A stretch of 64,000 nt of DNA, from the NCBI GenBank assembly GCA_965238005.1, contig OZ250165.1, positions 3,776,001 through 3,840,000 on the forward strand, written 5' to 3'. Positions 28,809-36,666 of the stretch are shown here, in pieces. The stretch is from Longimicrobiales bacterium. GTDB taxonomy: Bacteria; Gemmatimonadota; Gemmatimonadetes; Longimicrobiales; Gaopeijiaceae. The stretch's first letter is position 1. Each line of letters begins with the position of its first letter. Both the position numbers and the translations under genes were made by a program. The notes under the pieces are model-generated. The model was not told where the DNA came from, did not search any database, and was given only the letters and a program-made list of their open reading frames with translations.

Positions 28809-30371
28809 TCAGGATCGCTTCTTCCGGCGTCCCCTCTTCCGCCCGTCTCTCGCCGTTCCCCATCGGGCCAGGAACGCCGTGATGAACTCGTGCTGGTCAG
28901 GCGGCTCCACCGCCAAGGGGGCGAGCGCCATGGCCGTCGACAGGGCGACGTGATACTCGACGGCCCGAGAGCCCACCAGTCTCTGGTATGCCGGATGAGC
29001 CTCGTTGACCCGCACCGTGGATTCGACCAGCCGAGCCAGCTCGGGGTCGTCCGGGCGTGCCTCGAACTCGATGCTCAACAGGTATCGGGTCGGCCGGCGC
29101 GGACCCTTACTCGCGAGGGGTTGAAAGGCCGTCGGCGGAGGCTCGGGCGGGCGCTGCGCGGAAGCACCGTCGGCGGCGGGCTGAGGAGGCTCGTCGGTAG
29201 ACGCCGGCTCCTTCCCCTCCGCCTCGGGCGTCGTCGGCTCGAGCATGACTCCGGTCACGGACGGACGCCCGATCGGTAGGCTGCGCTGACCGCCAGCGCG
29301 GCGCTCGACGAGGGTCGATACGAGCGGGAAGCTTTCGGCCAAATCCATCAGCACCGTCTCCAGGTCGCGTTCCATGGGACGAGCCGCGCGGCGTCGCTTG
29401 TCCTCTCGCCGGTCGCCCAGATTCCCCCACTCGGAGAGACGGATCGAGACCGCCTCCTGGATCGCCTTGCGATAGGCCAGGTAAGTGGCGCCTCGCTGGC
29501 CGGTGCGGATGAAGTCTGCCTTGTTGAGGGTCAGGCACGCGGCCAGGGCCGGGGCCTCGATTACGCCGCCGATGGACTCGGCAGCGCTCGGAGCCACCCC
29601 GAGCCAGTCCCAGCCGCGCTTGATGACCTTGCCGAGGGCGCTGATCGCGATCCCCCGCTGTTCCTCCGGCAGGGGTGCGTCCGCACGTAGCAGGTATCCG
29701 ACCGCCGAGGGCTTGCGCTTCCGGGGCAAGCGGACCGCCACGGGTACCCTCTCCCGTCCTTGCCACTTACCTCGGGGGAGGGTCTGTCCGTTCACGACGA
29801 AGCGAACGCCGCCCTTGTAGTGCCGTGAGAGAAGCTCGTCGAAATCGGGATCGAACAGCGGGTAGAAGTGCTGATAGAGGACGGTCTCGATGTAGCTGGC
29901 ATCGACCAGCACGGAGAACGCGTCCTGAACCGCGAGCCGGACCGCTGTGCCTCGCTCTCCAACCAGTCCGGGCGGAGGCCTCACCCACTTCCACGGGGCT
30001 CGCCGCCGGGACGTGAGGTGCCAGGTGGTGGCCACGTGCTGCTTGCCCCGGCGCGTCTCGGTAAGGACCTCGTCGCACACCAGCAGCCCGAGCTTGATCC
30101 CTACGCCAGCGAACCCGATCCCGCGCCCACGCGTCTTGGTCGTGGTGGCGAGGTCGTGGTAGCCGGAGAGCTCTCGGCGCTGCATTCCCGAGCCGTCGTC
30201 CACCACCGTGAGCGTGGAGCTCTCGGGGTCCGTCGCCAGCGCGATCGTTCCCGCGCCCGAGTCGAGGGAGTTGGCCACGATCTCCGTCAGGATCGTTTCC
30301 TCGATGGCCCCGGGGTAAGCGTCCCTCAGGTCCTCGAGGAGATGAAGGAGGTCGACGCGCGTTTCACCCAC
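28809..30371 (-). CDS. Stand-alone GHKL (HSP90/MutL/MORC-type) ATPase
   Basis: EIVANSLDSGA (N box), VVDDGSGM (G1), GIGFAGVGIK (G2), GTAVRL; S5-like LTLNKADF; C-terminal VRVNEAHPAY. Confidence 0.85.
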   Translation of the reverse strand: MGETRVDLLHLLEDLRDAYPGAIEETILTEIVANSLDSGAGTIALATDPESSTLTVVDDGSGMQRRELSGYHDLATTTKTRGRGIGFAGVGIKLGLLVCDEVLTETRRGKQHVATTWHLTSRRRAPWKWVRPPPGLVGERGTAVRLAVQDAFSVLVDASYIETVLYQHFYPLFDPDFDELLSRHYKGGVRFVVNGQTLPRGKWQGRERVPVAVRLPRKRKPSAVGYLLRADAPLPEEQRGIAISALGKVIKRGWDWLGVAPSAAESIGGVIEAPALAACLTLNKADFIRTGQRGATYLAYRKAIQEAVSIRLSEWGNLGDRREDKRRRAARPMERDLETVLMDLAESFPLVSTLVERRAGGQRSLPIGRPSVTGVMLEPTTPEAEGKEPASTDEPPQPAADGASAQRPPEPPPTAFQPLASKGPRRPTRYLLSIEFEARPDDPELARLVESTVRVNEAHPAYQRLVGSRAVEYHVALSTAMALAPLAVEPPDQHEFITAFLARWGTARDGRKRGRRKKRS

Positions 30372-30710
30372 AGCCCACTCCGCAAGGGGAGGGTCCCGTC
30401 ACCTCTGTGGAGGAGTCGTGGGGAGCCCCTCGGATGGTGTCCCAACCTGCGTTCCAGAAGGACTGTAGTCGCGGGGGCCAGCCAGTCAAGACGTGGCTGG
30501 GGTGAACCCGGCCTCCACTCCCAACTTCAGACGGACCGCGAGTGTGGGCACGCGGTGATCCTGGTTCGCAACGGTTGGGGGGACATGCTACAGTCCGGGT
30601 GATGGGTGTGATGGGCCGGAGACCGCTGGGACAGCGGCTGTCGGCAGTCCGCCGGAGGGACCGAAAGGTGGGGTGAACGAACGCTGAGTGAGCTTGCAAA
30701 GGAGGAGATC

Positions 30711-31727
30711 ATGAATCGCAGGAGTGTGCGGCGGGTTGCGCGCGTCGTCCGGATCGGGACGGTCGGCATGGTTCTCGGGACAGTGGGCGCCGTGATCGGG
30801 TTTCACGCCGCGCCCGCGGCGGGAGCCACACAGGAGAACCTCCCACCCTACCAGTGGTCCGACGAGTACATCCGCGACGTCGTCGACAACGTTCGCGCGG
30901 GCCGCTCCCTGCAGCCCCTGACTTGGCCCGGCAGTGCGCGCGTCGCGGTCCTGCTCTCCTTCGACGTCGACAACGAGAGCGTGACGCTCAGGAACGGAGA
31001 AGCGCCCGTCGGCCCGCTCTCCCAGGGCGAGTACGGCGCTCGGGTCGCGCTGCAACGCGTTCTGGACTCACTCGACGAGCACGACATCCCGGCCTCGTTC
31101 TTCATTCCCTCGGTGAGCCTCATGCTCAACCCGCAGATGGCGGATGCCATCGGGGCGTCGGGGCGGCACGAGTTCGCCATCCACGGATGGATTCACGAGC
31201 GCAACAACCAGATCTCCGGATCCGAGGAGCGACGGCTCGTCATGCAGGCCATCGACTTCATGGAAGAGGCAACCGGCTCTCGGCCCGTGGGCTACCGGGC
31301 TCCCTCCTGGAACTTCAGCGACAACACGCTGGACATCCTGCGCGAGGTCGGCTTCCTCTACGACAGCTCGCTCATGGCGGACGACCGGCCCTACGAGTTG
31401 ATGGCGAACGGAGAGGCCACAGGCATGGTCGAGCTTCCCGTCGACTGGATCCTGGACGACGCGCCACTCTTCAACCCTCTGGGCGCTCGCTACAGTCCGC
31501 CGCGGGACGTGCTCCAGGTCTTTAAGGACGAATTCGACGTGGCCTACGAAGAGGGGACCATGTTCCTGCTGACCATGCACCCGCACATCACGGGGCACCG
31601 GTCACGAATCCTGGTCCTGAAGGAGCTGATCGATCACATCAGGCGGAAGGGCGACGTCTGGTTCGCCACGCACCGGCAGGCGGCGGAGTACGTGAAGCGC
31701 ATGGCCGACGAGGGGGGGTTGCGGTAG
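30711..31727 (+). CDS. Secreted polysaccharide deacetylase (CE4, PuuE/PgdA-like)
   Basis: AGGAGG RBS; LSFDVD, HGWIHE, GYRAPSW, YDSSLMADD, MHPHITG. Confidence 0.92.
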   Translation: MNRRSVRRVARVVRIGTVGMVLGTVGAVIGFHAAPAAGATQENLPPYQWSDEYIRDVVDNVRAGRSLQPLTWPGSARVAVLLSFDVDNESVTLRNGEAPVGPLSQGEYGARVALQRVLDSLDEHDIPASFFIPSVSLMLNPQMADAIGASGRHEFAIHGWIHERNNQISGSEERRLVMQAIDFMEEATGSRPVGYRAPSWNFSDNTLDILREVGFLYDSSLMADDRPYELMANGEATGMVELPVDWILDDAPLFNPLGARYSPPRDVLQVFKDEFDVAYEEGTMFLLTMHPHITGHRSRILVLKELIDHIRRKGDVWFATHRQAAEYVKRMADEGGLR

Positions 31728-32137
31728 CGCATACTGGCTTTCCGAGAGCGTGCCGGGGTTGAAGCACCGCCATGTGCAACCCCGGCGCCTCCTCCTGCAA
31801 CACGCGCGTTGCCCCAACAAGCTCCTTTGCTCACCTAAGTCTCACCAGGACAGGCGCTTACGCAGGTCGCACGTTCAGGCACGCCCCCTGCACCCATGAA
31901 ACGCGCCAAGAGCCGGTACGGCAGTCGACGCCGATCCGCTCGGCGGGGAGGCCTTCGCACCTTCGGAGGCCACCGGCACACGAACACGGGGCAATGGGGA
32001 CCAACGATGGGCATCTTCGAGAACTTCTTCTTCAACCCGCTTGCGCTGGCGGTCAGCCTTCGCGGGCTGCTGACCCTTTTCGCGATCTGCTACCTCATTC
32101 GCTCGTGCGGGTGCTGTCAATCCCGTGGCGGTCGCTG

Positions 32138-32255
32138 CGGCAGAATATCGTGGAGCTACCTCAAAGAGTCGTCGATCTTCTGGTTCATTTCCTGGAGCAG
32201 GGCGATGGGAAGCTTTCAAAGCGAGCTCGGATGAAGGAGTTTGGCCCCCTCACTG
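32138..32255 (+). pseudogene. Probable Fic-family protein C-terminal fragment
   Basis: QNIVELPQRVVDLLVHFLEQGDGKLSKRARMKEF resembles the C-terminal tail of long Fic proteins (recalled similarity). Confidence 0.5.
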
Positions 32256-32275
32256 CGCATTTCTACGCGGCAAGC

Positions 32276-32301
32276 CCTCCTCCTCCTCCTCCTCCTCCTC
32301 C
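32276..32301. repeat. (CCT)8 microsatellite just past the queA stop
   Basis: Directly visible tandem trinucleotide. Confidence 0.9.
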
Positions 32302-32309
32302 ACCCCCCC

Positions 32310-33446
32310 TCACCCCACCACCATCGCATCCCCATACGAGTAGAACCGGTACCCCTCCCCGACCGCCTCCCCGTAAGCCTCCATCGTCCTCTCGTACCCG
32401 CCGAACGCGGCCACCAGCATCAGGAGCGTCGACATTGGCAGGTGGAAGTTCGTAACGAGTCCGTCCACCACCTGAAACCGGTAGGCCGGCCGAACGAACA
32501 GGTCCGTCACCCCGCCCCCCGCCCCCACGACCCCCTCGCGGGCTGCACTCTCGAGCGTGCGCACCACGGTGGTGCCCACCGCCCAGATGCGCCGCCCCGC
32601 CGCCCGCGCGTCGTTGATCGCCCCCGCCGCCTCGCCCGGGATGCAGTAGCGCTCGGCGTGCATCTCGTGCTCGGCGGGATCGTCCACCTCCACGGGTCGG
32701 AACGTCCCCACCCCCACGTCCAGCGTGACGGCCACCCGCTCCACCCCCTTCGCCTCGATTTCGTCCAGCAGCTCGAGCGTGAAGTGCAGCCCCGCCGTGG
32801 GTGCCGCCACCGACCCGGGCACCCGGGCGTACACGGTCTGGTACCGCTCGCGGTCCAGCGGCTCGTCTTCCCGCTCCAGGTAGGGGGGCAGAGGCACGTG
32901 GCCGTGCTTCCCGAGCGCCTCCCGCACCGACCCTTCCACCACGAGCCGCACGATCCGGCCGCCCCCGGGCGCCCCATCCACGATCTCGACGTCGAATCCC
33001 GGGGCGACATGCACCAGCCGCCCCGGCTTCAGCTTCCCGCCAGGACGAACCAGCGCCTCCCACAACGTCGCCTCCGCGCCGTCGACCTCGTCGCCCCCAC
33101 CCGGAGTGGAGGACTCCGCCATATCGAGCGCCGAGGCGCCGCCGCCACCAGCCCACGGCCGCAGCAACAGGATCTCCGAAGGCGCTCCTGTCGGCTTCCA
33201 CCCCAGTAACCGTGCCGGAGCCACCCGGCTCTCGTTCACGACAAGAACGTCACCGGGAGCCAGAAGATTTACGAGGTCGGAGAAGTGCCGGTGCTCGAAC
33301 GGCCCGCCATCCCGGGGCACCACGAGCAGCCGGCTCTGGTCCCTACGCTCCGTGGGGCATCGGGCGATCCGCCCCGGGGGAAGCTCATACTCATAGTCCG
33401 AGACCCGCGTCCCGTCCTTCACTCGCCGATCCGACCCCGGACTCAT
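32310..33446 (-). CDS. queA: S-adenosylmethionine:tRNA ribosyltransferase-isomerase
   Basis: DYEYELP, VPLPPYL, RYQTVYA, AAPTAGLHF, VGTTVVRTLE, TNFHLP, YRFYSYGDAM. Confidence 0.96.
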   Translation of the reverse strand: MSPGSDRRVKDGTRVSDYEYELPPGRIARCPTERRDQSRLLVVPRDGGPFEHRHFSDLVNLLAPGDVLVVNESRVAPARLLGWKPTGAPSEILLLRPWAGGGGASALDMAESSTPGGGDEVDGAEATLWEALVRPGGKLKPGRLVHVAPGFDVEIVDGAPGGGRIVRLVVEGSVREALGKHGHVPLPPYLEREDEPLDRERYQTVYARVPGSVAAPTAGLHFTLELLDEIEAKGVERVAVTLDVGVGTFRPVEVDDPAEHEMHAERYCIPGEAAGAINDARAAGRRIWAVGTTVVRTLESAAREGVVGAGGGVTDLFVRPAYRFQVVDGLVTNFHLPMSTLLMLVAAFGGYERTMEAYGEAVGEGYRFYSYGDAMVVG

Positions 33447-33531
33447 GCGCCTACGTCACGTCTCAAAGGCACACCGAAGCGCCCGGCCACCCCCGCGCCC
33501 GACCGCCGATCGGGACAGCAAAGCGCTCCCG

Positions 33532-33547
33532 CGTTTCCGCGGAAACG
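33532..33547. repeat. Perfect 16-bp palindrome CGTTTCCGCGGAAACG, copy 1 (parS-like)
   Basis: Self-complementary; repeated 118 bp downstream. Confidence 0.8.
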
Positions 33548-33649
33548 TCCACGCGCCCTCGCACCAAGCGGACACCAGCTTCCGCGCGCCCACCGCCAAC
33601 GTCCGACCGCCCGTCCAAGATCGCCCAAATCCACATCGAAGCGCCCCCG

Positions 33650-33665
33650 CGTTTCCGCGGAAACG
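33650..33665. repeat. Perfect 16-bp palindrome CGTTTCCGCGGAAACG, copy 2
   Basis: Extends to 18 bp (33649-33666). Confidence 0.8.
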
Positions 33666-33691
33666 CCCAGCCACGCTCGACGGACCCCCGC

Positions 33692-34735
33692 TCAGTCGAA
33701 CAACGACGACTGCCCACCGCCCACCCCATCCTGGCGCGGCGCCTCATACCCAAACCGCTTGTACGCCCGCAAGGTCGCCACCCGCCCCCGCGGCGTCCGC
33801 TTGATAAATCCCTCCTGAATCAGGAACGGCTCGTAGACCTCCTCCAGCGTGGAGACATCCTCCCCCAGCGCCACGGCCAGGGTCTGGAGCCCCACCGGTC
33901 CGCCCTCGAACTTCTCGATGAGCGTCTTGAGCACCCGCCCGTCCATCTCGTCCAGGCCGTACTGGTCCACTTCGAGCATGTACAAGGCTTCCTCGGCCAC
34001 GGCCTTGGTGATGACGCCATCGGCCTTCACCTGCGCGAAGTCCCGCACCCGGCGGAGCAGGCGGTTGGCCACCCGGGGCGTCCCCCTGGACCGGCGTGCC
34101 AGAATCTGGGCTCCCTCCGTCGAGCACTCCACGCCCAGGATCTCGGAGCTCCGGGCCACGATCACGGCCAGCTCCTCCGGCGGATAGAAGTTCAGGCGCT
34201 GGATGATGCCGAAGCGGGCCCGCATGGGCGCGGTGAGGAGCCCGAAGCGGGTGGTGGCCCCTACGAGCGTGAACTTCTCGATGTCCATGGTCATGGTCTG
34301 GGCTCGGGGCCCGTCGGCCAGGCGGATCTCCACCCGCCAGTCTTCCATGGCGGGGTACAGGAACTCCTCGATGATGGGCCGGAGGCGGTGCATCTCGTCG
34401 ATGAGGATGACGTCCCCTTCCTGCTGGTTGGTGAGCATGCCCACCAGGTCCGCGGGCTTCTCCAGAACGGGCCCCGACGTGCTCTTGAAGCTCACTCCCA
34501 TCTCGCGGGCGATGAGGGACGCCAGTGTGGTCTTCCCAAGCCCGGGCGGGCCGTGGAAGAGAAGGTGGTCCAGGGGCTCCCGGCGCTGCCTCGCGGCCTC
34601 GATGGCGATCGACAGCGTTTCCCGGATCTTGTCCTGGCCGATGAATTCGTCCAGGCGCTGAGGCCGGAGAGACGGCTCGGCAACGGCGTCTTCCTGAAGC
34701 GCCTCGGGCGTGGTGATCTCGTGTCGCTCTGTCAT
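33692..34735 (-). CDS. ruvB: Holliday junction helicase RuvB
   Basis: [51 protein letters not shown]. Confidence 0.98.
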   Translation of the reverse strand: MTERHEITTPEALQEDAVAEPSLRPQRLDEFIGQDKIRETLSIAIEAARQRREPLDHLLFHGPPGLGKTTLASLIAREMGVSFKSTSGPVLEKPADLVGMLTNQQEGDVILIDEMHRLRPIIEEFLYPAMEDWRVEIRLADGPRAQTMTMDIEKFTLVGATTRFGLLTAPMRARFGIIQRLNFYPPEELAVIVARSSEILGVECSTEGAQILARRSRGTPRVANRLLRRVRDFAQVKADGVITKAVAEEALYMLEVDQYGLDEMDGRVLKTLIEKFEGGPVGLQTLAVALGEDVSTLEEVYEPFLIQEGFIKRTPRGRVATLRAYKRFGYEAPRQDGVGGGQSSLFD

Positions 34736-34794
34736 CGTCCCTCTGTCATCGTCCCTCGGTCATCGTCTTTCCGTCATAGCGCCGCTCATCGTCA
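34727..34794 (-). repeat. Degenerate 14-bp tandem repeat GGACGATGACAGAG forming coupled mini-ORFs
   Basis: Two exact and three degenerate units between the ruvA stop and the ruvB start. Confidence 0.85.
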
Positions 34795-35382
34795 CCTCTT
34801 CGCCAATGCCCGCCGGATCAGATCGTCGGTGCTTCCGGCGTCACCGTCGGCCAGAGCGCCCCGAACCGCCGCGTCCGCATCCACGAATGCGTACCCCAGA
34901 GCCACCAGGGCCGCCACCGCCTCCTGGGCACCGGGCGCCGGGCCTCCCGGCTCGCCCTCGGGCCCGATGGCCAGGTCCTCCACCTTGTCGGCCAACTCGA
35001 GGATGATGCGCTCGGCGGTCTTCTTCCCCACCCCGCTCACCTGCTTCAGGGCGTTCACGTCCTTCTCGGCCAGGGCCTTGGCCAGGCGTCGGGCCGAGTA
35101 GGTGGAGAGCATGGCCAGGGCCACCTTGGGTCCCACCCCGGACGCGCCCAGGAGCCGGGCGAAGAGCTCGCGCTCGAAGGCCTCGATGAACCCGTAGAGC
35201 GTCAGGGACTCCTCCCGGACCACCTGGAGGGTGCGGATCTCGAAGTCGTCGGCCGGCGGCTTGGGCAGCCGCTCCAGGATGGAGAGCGGGATCTGCACCT
35301 CGTAGACGACGCCCCCGACCGTCTCCACTTCGATGTGGTCGAGCTCCCGGGAGACGAGCCTCCCCCTGAGACGGCTGATCAA
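34792..35382 (-). CDS. ruvA: Holliday junction DNA-binding protein RuvA
   Basis: TTG start overlapping the ruvC stop; ISRLRG, GGVVYEV, LYGF, SGVGPKVAL, GVGKKTAERIILEL, ALVALGY. Confidence 0.96.
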   Translation of the reverse strand: MISRLRGRLVSRELDHIEVETVGGVVYEVQIPLSILERLPKPPADDFEIRTLQVVREESLTLYGFIEAFERELFARLLGASGVGPKVALAMLSTYSARRLAKALAEKDVNALKQVSGVGKKTAERIILELADKVEDLAIGPEGEPGGPAPGAQEAVAALVALGYAFVDADAAVRGALADGDAGSTDDLIRRALAKR

Positions 35383-35870
35383 ACCCTCAGCGCTCCCATG
35401 ACGCAGTGGCACAGCGCGGCGGCTACGCCGTCGGCCGCGTCGGACGGCGTGGGAACCGTCTTGAGCCGGAGCTGTTGCTGCACCATGAAGCCCACCTGGT
35501 CCTTGGTCGCGTTCCCGTTCCCCACCACGGCCTTCTTGATCTCCCGGGGCGTGTATTCGGCGATGGGAATCTCGTGGAGCGCCGCGGCCAGGAGAATGGC
35601 GCCCCTTGCGTGTCCCAGGGTGAGGGCGCTCTTCACGTTCTTCCCCTGGAAAACGTCCTCCACCACCATCACCGCCGGCGTGAACCGGTCGATGAGCTCG
35701 CCGACCTCGACGAAGATCTCCCTGATCCTGACCGCAAGCGGCTGACCCGGCGACGTCCTCACCACGCCGCACTCCACCAACGCAAGAGCGCTGCCGCCCG
35801 TCCTGGCGACAACGCCGTAGCCCGTGACGGCCGTTCCCGGATCGATTCCCAGTATCAGCTCGGCGTCCAC
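35379..35870 (-). CDS. ruvC: Crossover junction endodeoxyribonuclease RuvC
   Basis: ILGIDPG, VEDVF, LGHARG, IKKAVVGNGNATK, DAADGVA. Confidence 0.97.
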   Translation of the reverse strand: MDAELILGIDPGTAVTGYGVVARTGGSALALVECGVVRTSPGQPLAVRIREIFVEVGELIDRFTPAVMVVEDVFQGKNVKSALTLGHARGAILLAAALHEIPIAEYTPREIKKAVVGNGNATKDQVGFMVQQQLRLKTVPTPSDAADGVAAALCHCVMGALRV

Positions 35871-35884
35871 CTAGTGTCCTACCG

Positions 35885-36631
35885 TCACATGGCCTGGGCG
35901 AGGATCTCTTCGTCGATGTCGGCGTTGGACGAGACCTGCTGGACATCGTCGCAGTCCTCCAGGGCGTCCACCAGCTTGATGAGCTTCTCGGCGTCCTTCC
36001 CCTCCACCCTGACCTCGTTCTGGGGCACCCAATGGAGCTCAGCGCGCTCGAACTCGACGCCAGCGGCCTTCATGCCTTCCTGCACCTCGTGGAACGCCGT
36101 GGCTTCCGCGGTCACTACGAACTCATCGCCCTCGTCGCTGACGTCGTCGGCCCCGGCCTCGATGGCCGCCTCGAAGACCGCGTCTTCGGTATGGCGGCTC
36201 GCGTCCACGTAGATCTGGCCCTTCCGATGGAACTGCCACGCCACGGAGCCCGTGGTCCCCAGGCTCCCGCTGTGCTTGGACAGGATGTGGCGCACGTCGG
36301 CCACGGTCCGCTTCTGGTTGTCGGTGAGAGTCTCGATGTAGAGGGCCACGCCGGCCGGGCCGTAGCCCTCGTACGTCACCTCCTCGTAGGTCACGCCCTC
36401 TATCTCGCCGGTGCCCTTCTTGATGGCCCGGGTGATGTTGTCGGTGGGCATGTTGCCGGCCTTGGCGTTGTCCACAGCCAGGCGCAGGCGCGGGTTGAAG
36501 TTGGGGTCTCCTCCGTCGTCCCGGGCAGCCACCGTGATCTCACGGATCAGCTTGGTGAACATCTTTCCGCGCTTGGCGTCCGTAGCCGCCTTCTTGCGCT
36601 TGATGGTGGCCCACTTGCTGTGTCCAGACAC
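35885..36631 (-). CDS. yebC: YebC/PmpR family protein
   Basis: GTG start, SGHSKWATIKRKK, NPRLRLA, YEGYGPAG, TDNQKRT, DDVQQV. Confidence 0.96.
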   Translation of the reverse strand: MSGHSKWATIKRKKAATDAKRGKMFTKLIREITVAARDDGGDPNFNPRLRLAVDNAKAGNMPTDNITRAIKKGTGEIEGVTYEEVTYEGYGPAGVALYIETLTDNQKRTVADVRHILSKHSGSLGTTGSVAWQFHRKGQIYVDASRHTEDAVFEAAIEAGADDVSDEGDEFVVTAEATAFHEVQEGMKAAGVEFERAELHWVPQNEVRVEGKDAEKLIKLVDALEDCDDVQQVSSNADIDEEILAQAM

Positions 36632-36666
36632 GGTACTCCTCCCGACTGCTTTCCAGATTGGGGGCG

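Noticed and set aside
30372..30710. Riboswitch in the GHKL/deacetylase intergenic region
   Set aside because: Several hairpins are possible, but I could not match any known aptamer consensus by eye; an Rfam scan would be needed.
32801..35101. Long plus-strand ORF (766 aa) and similar long antisense ORFs such as 41705-43423, 61650-63317 and 36658-38151
   Set aside because: Shadow frames opposite well-supported genes in high-GC DNA, with no recognisable motifs.
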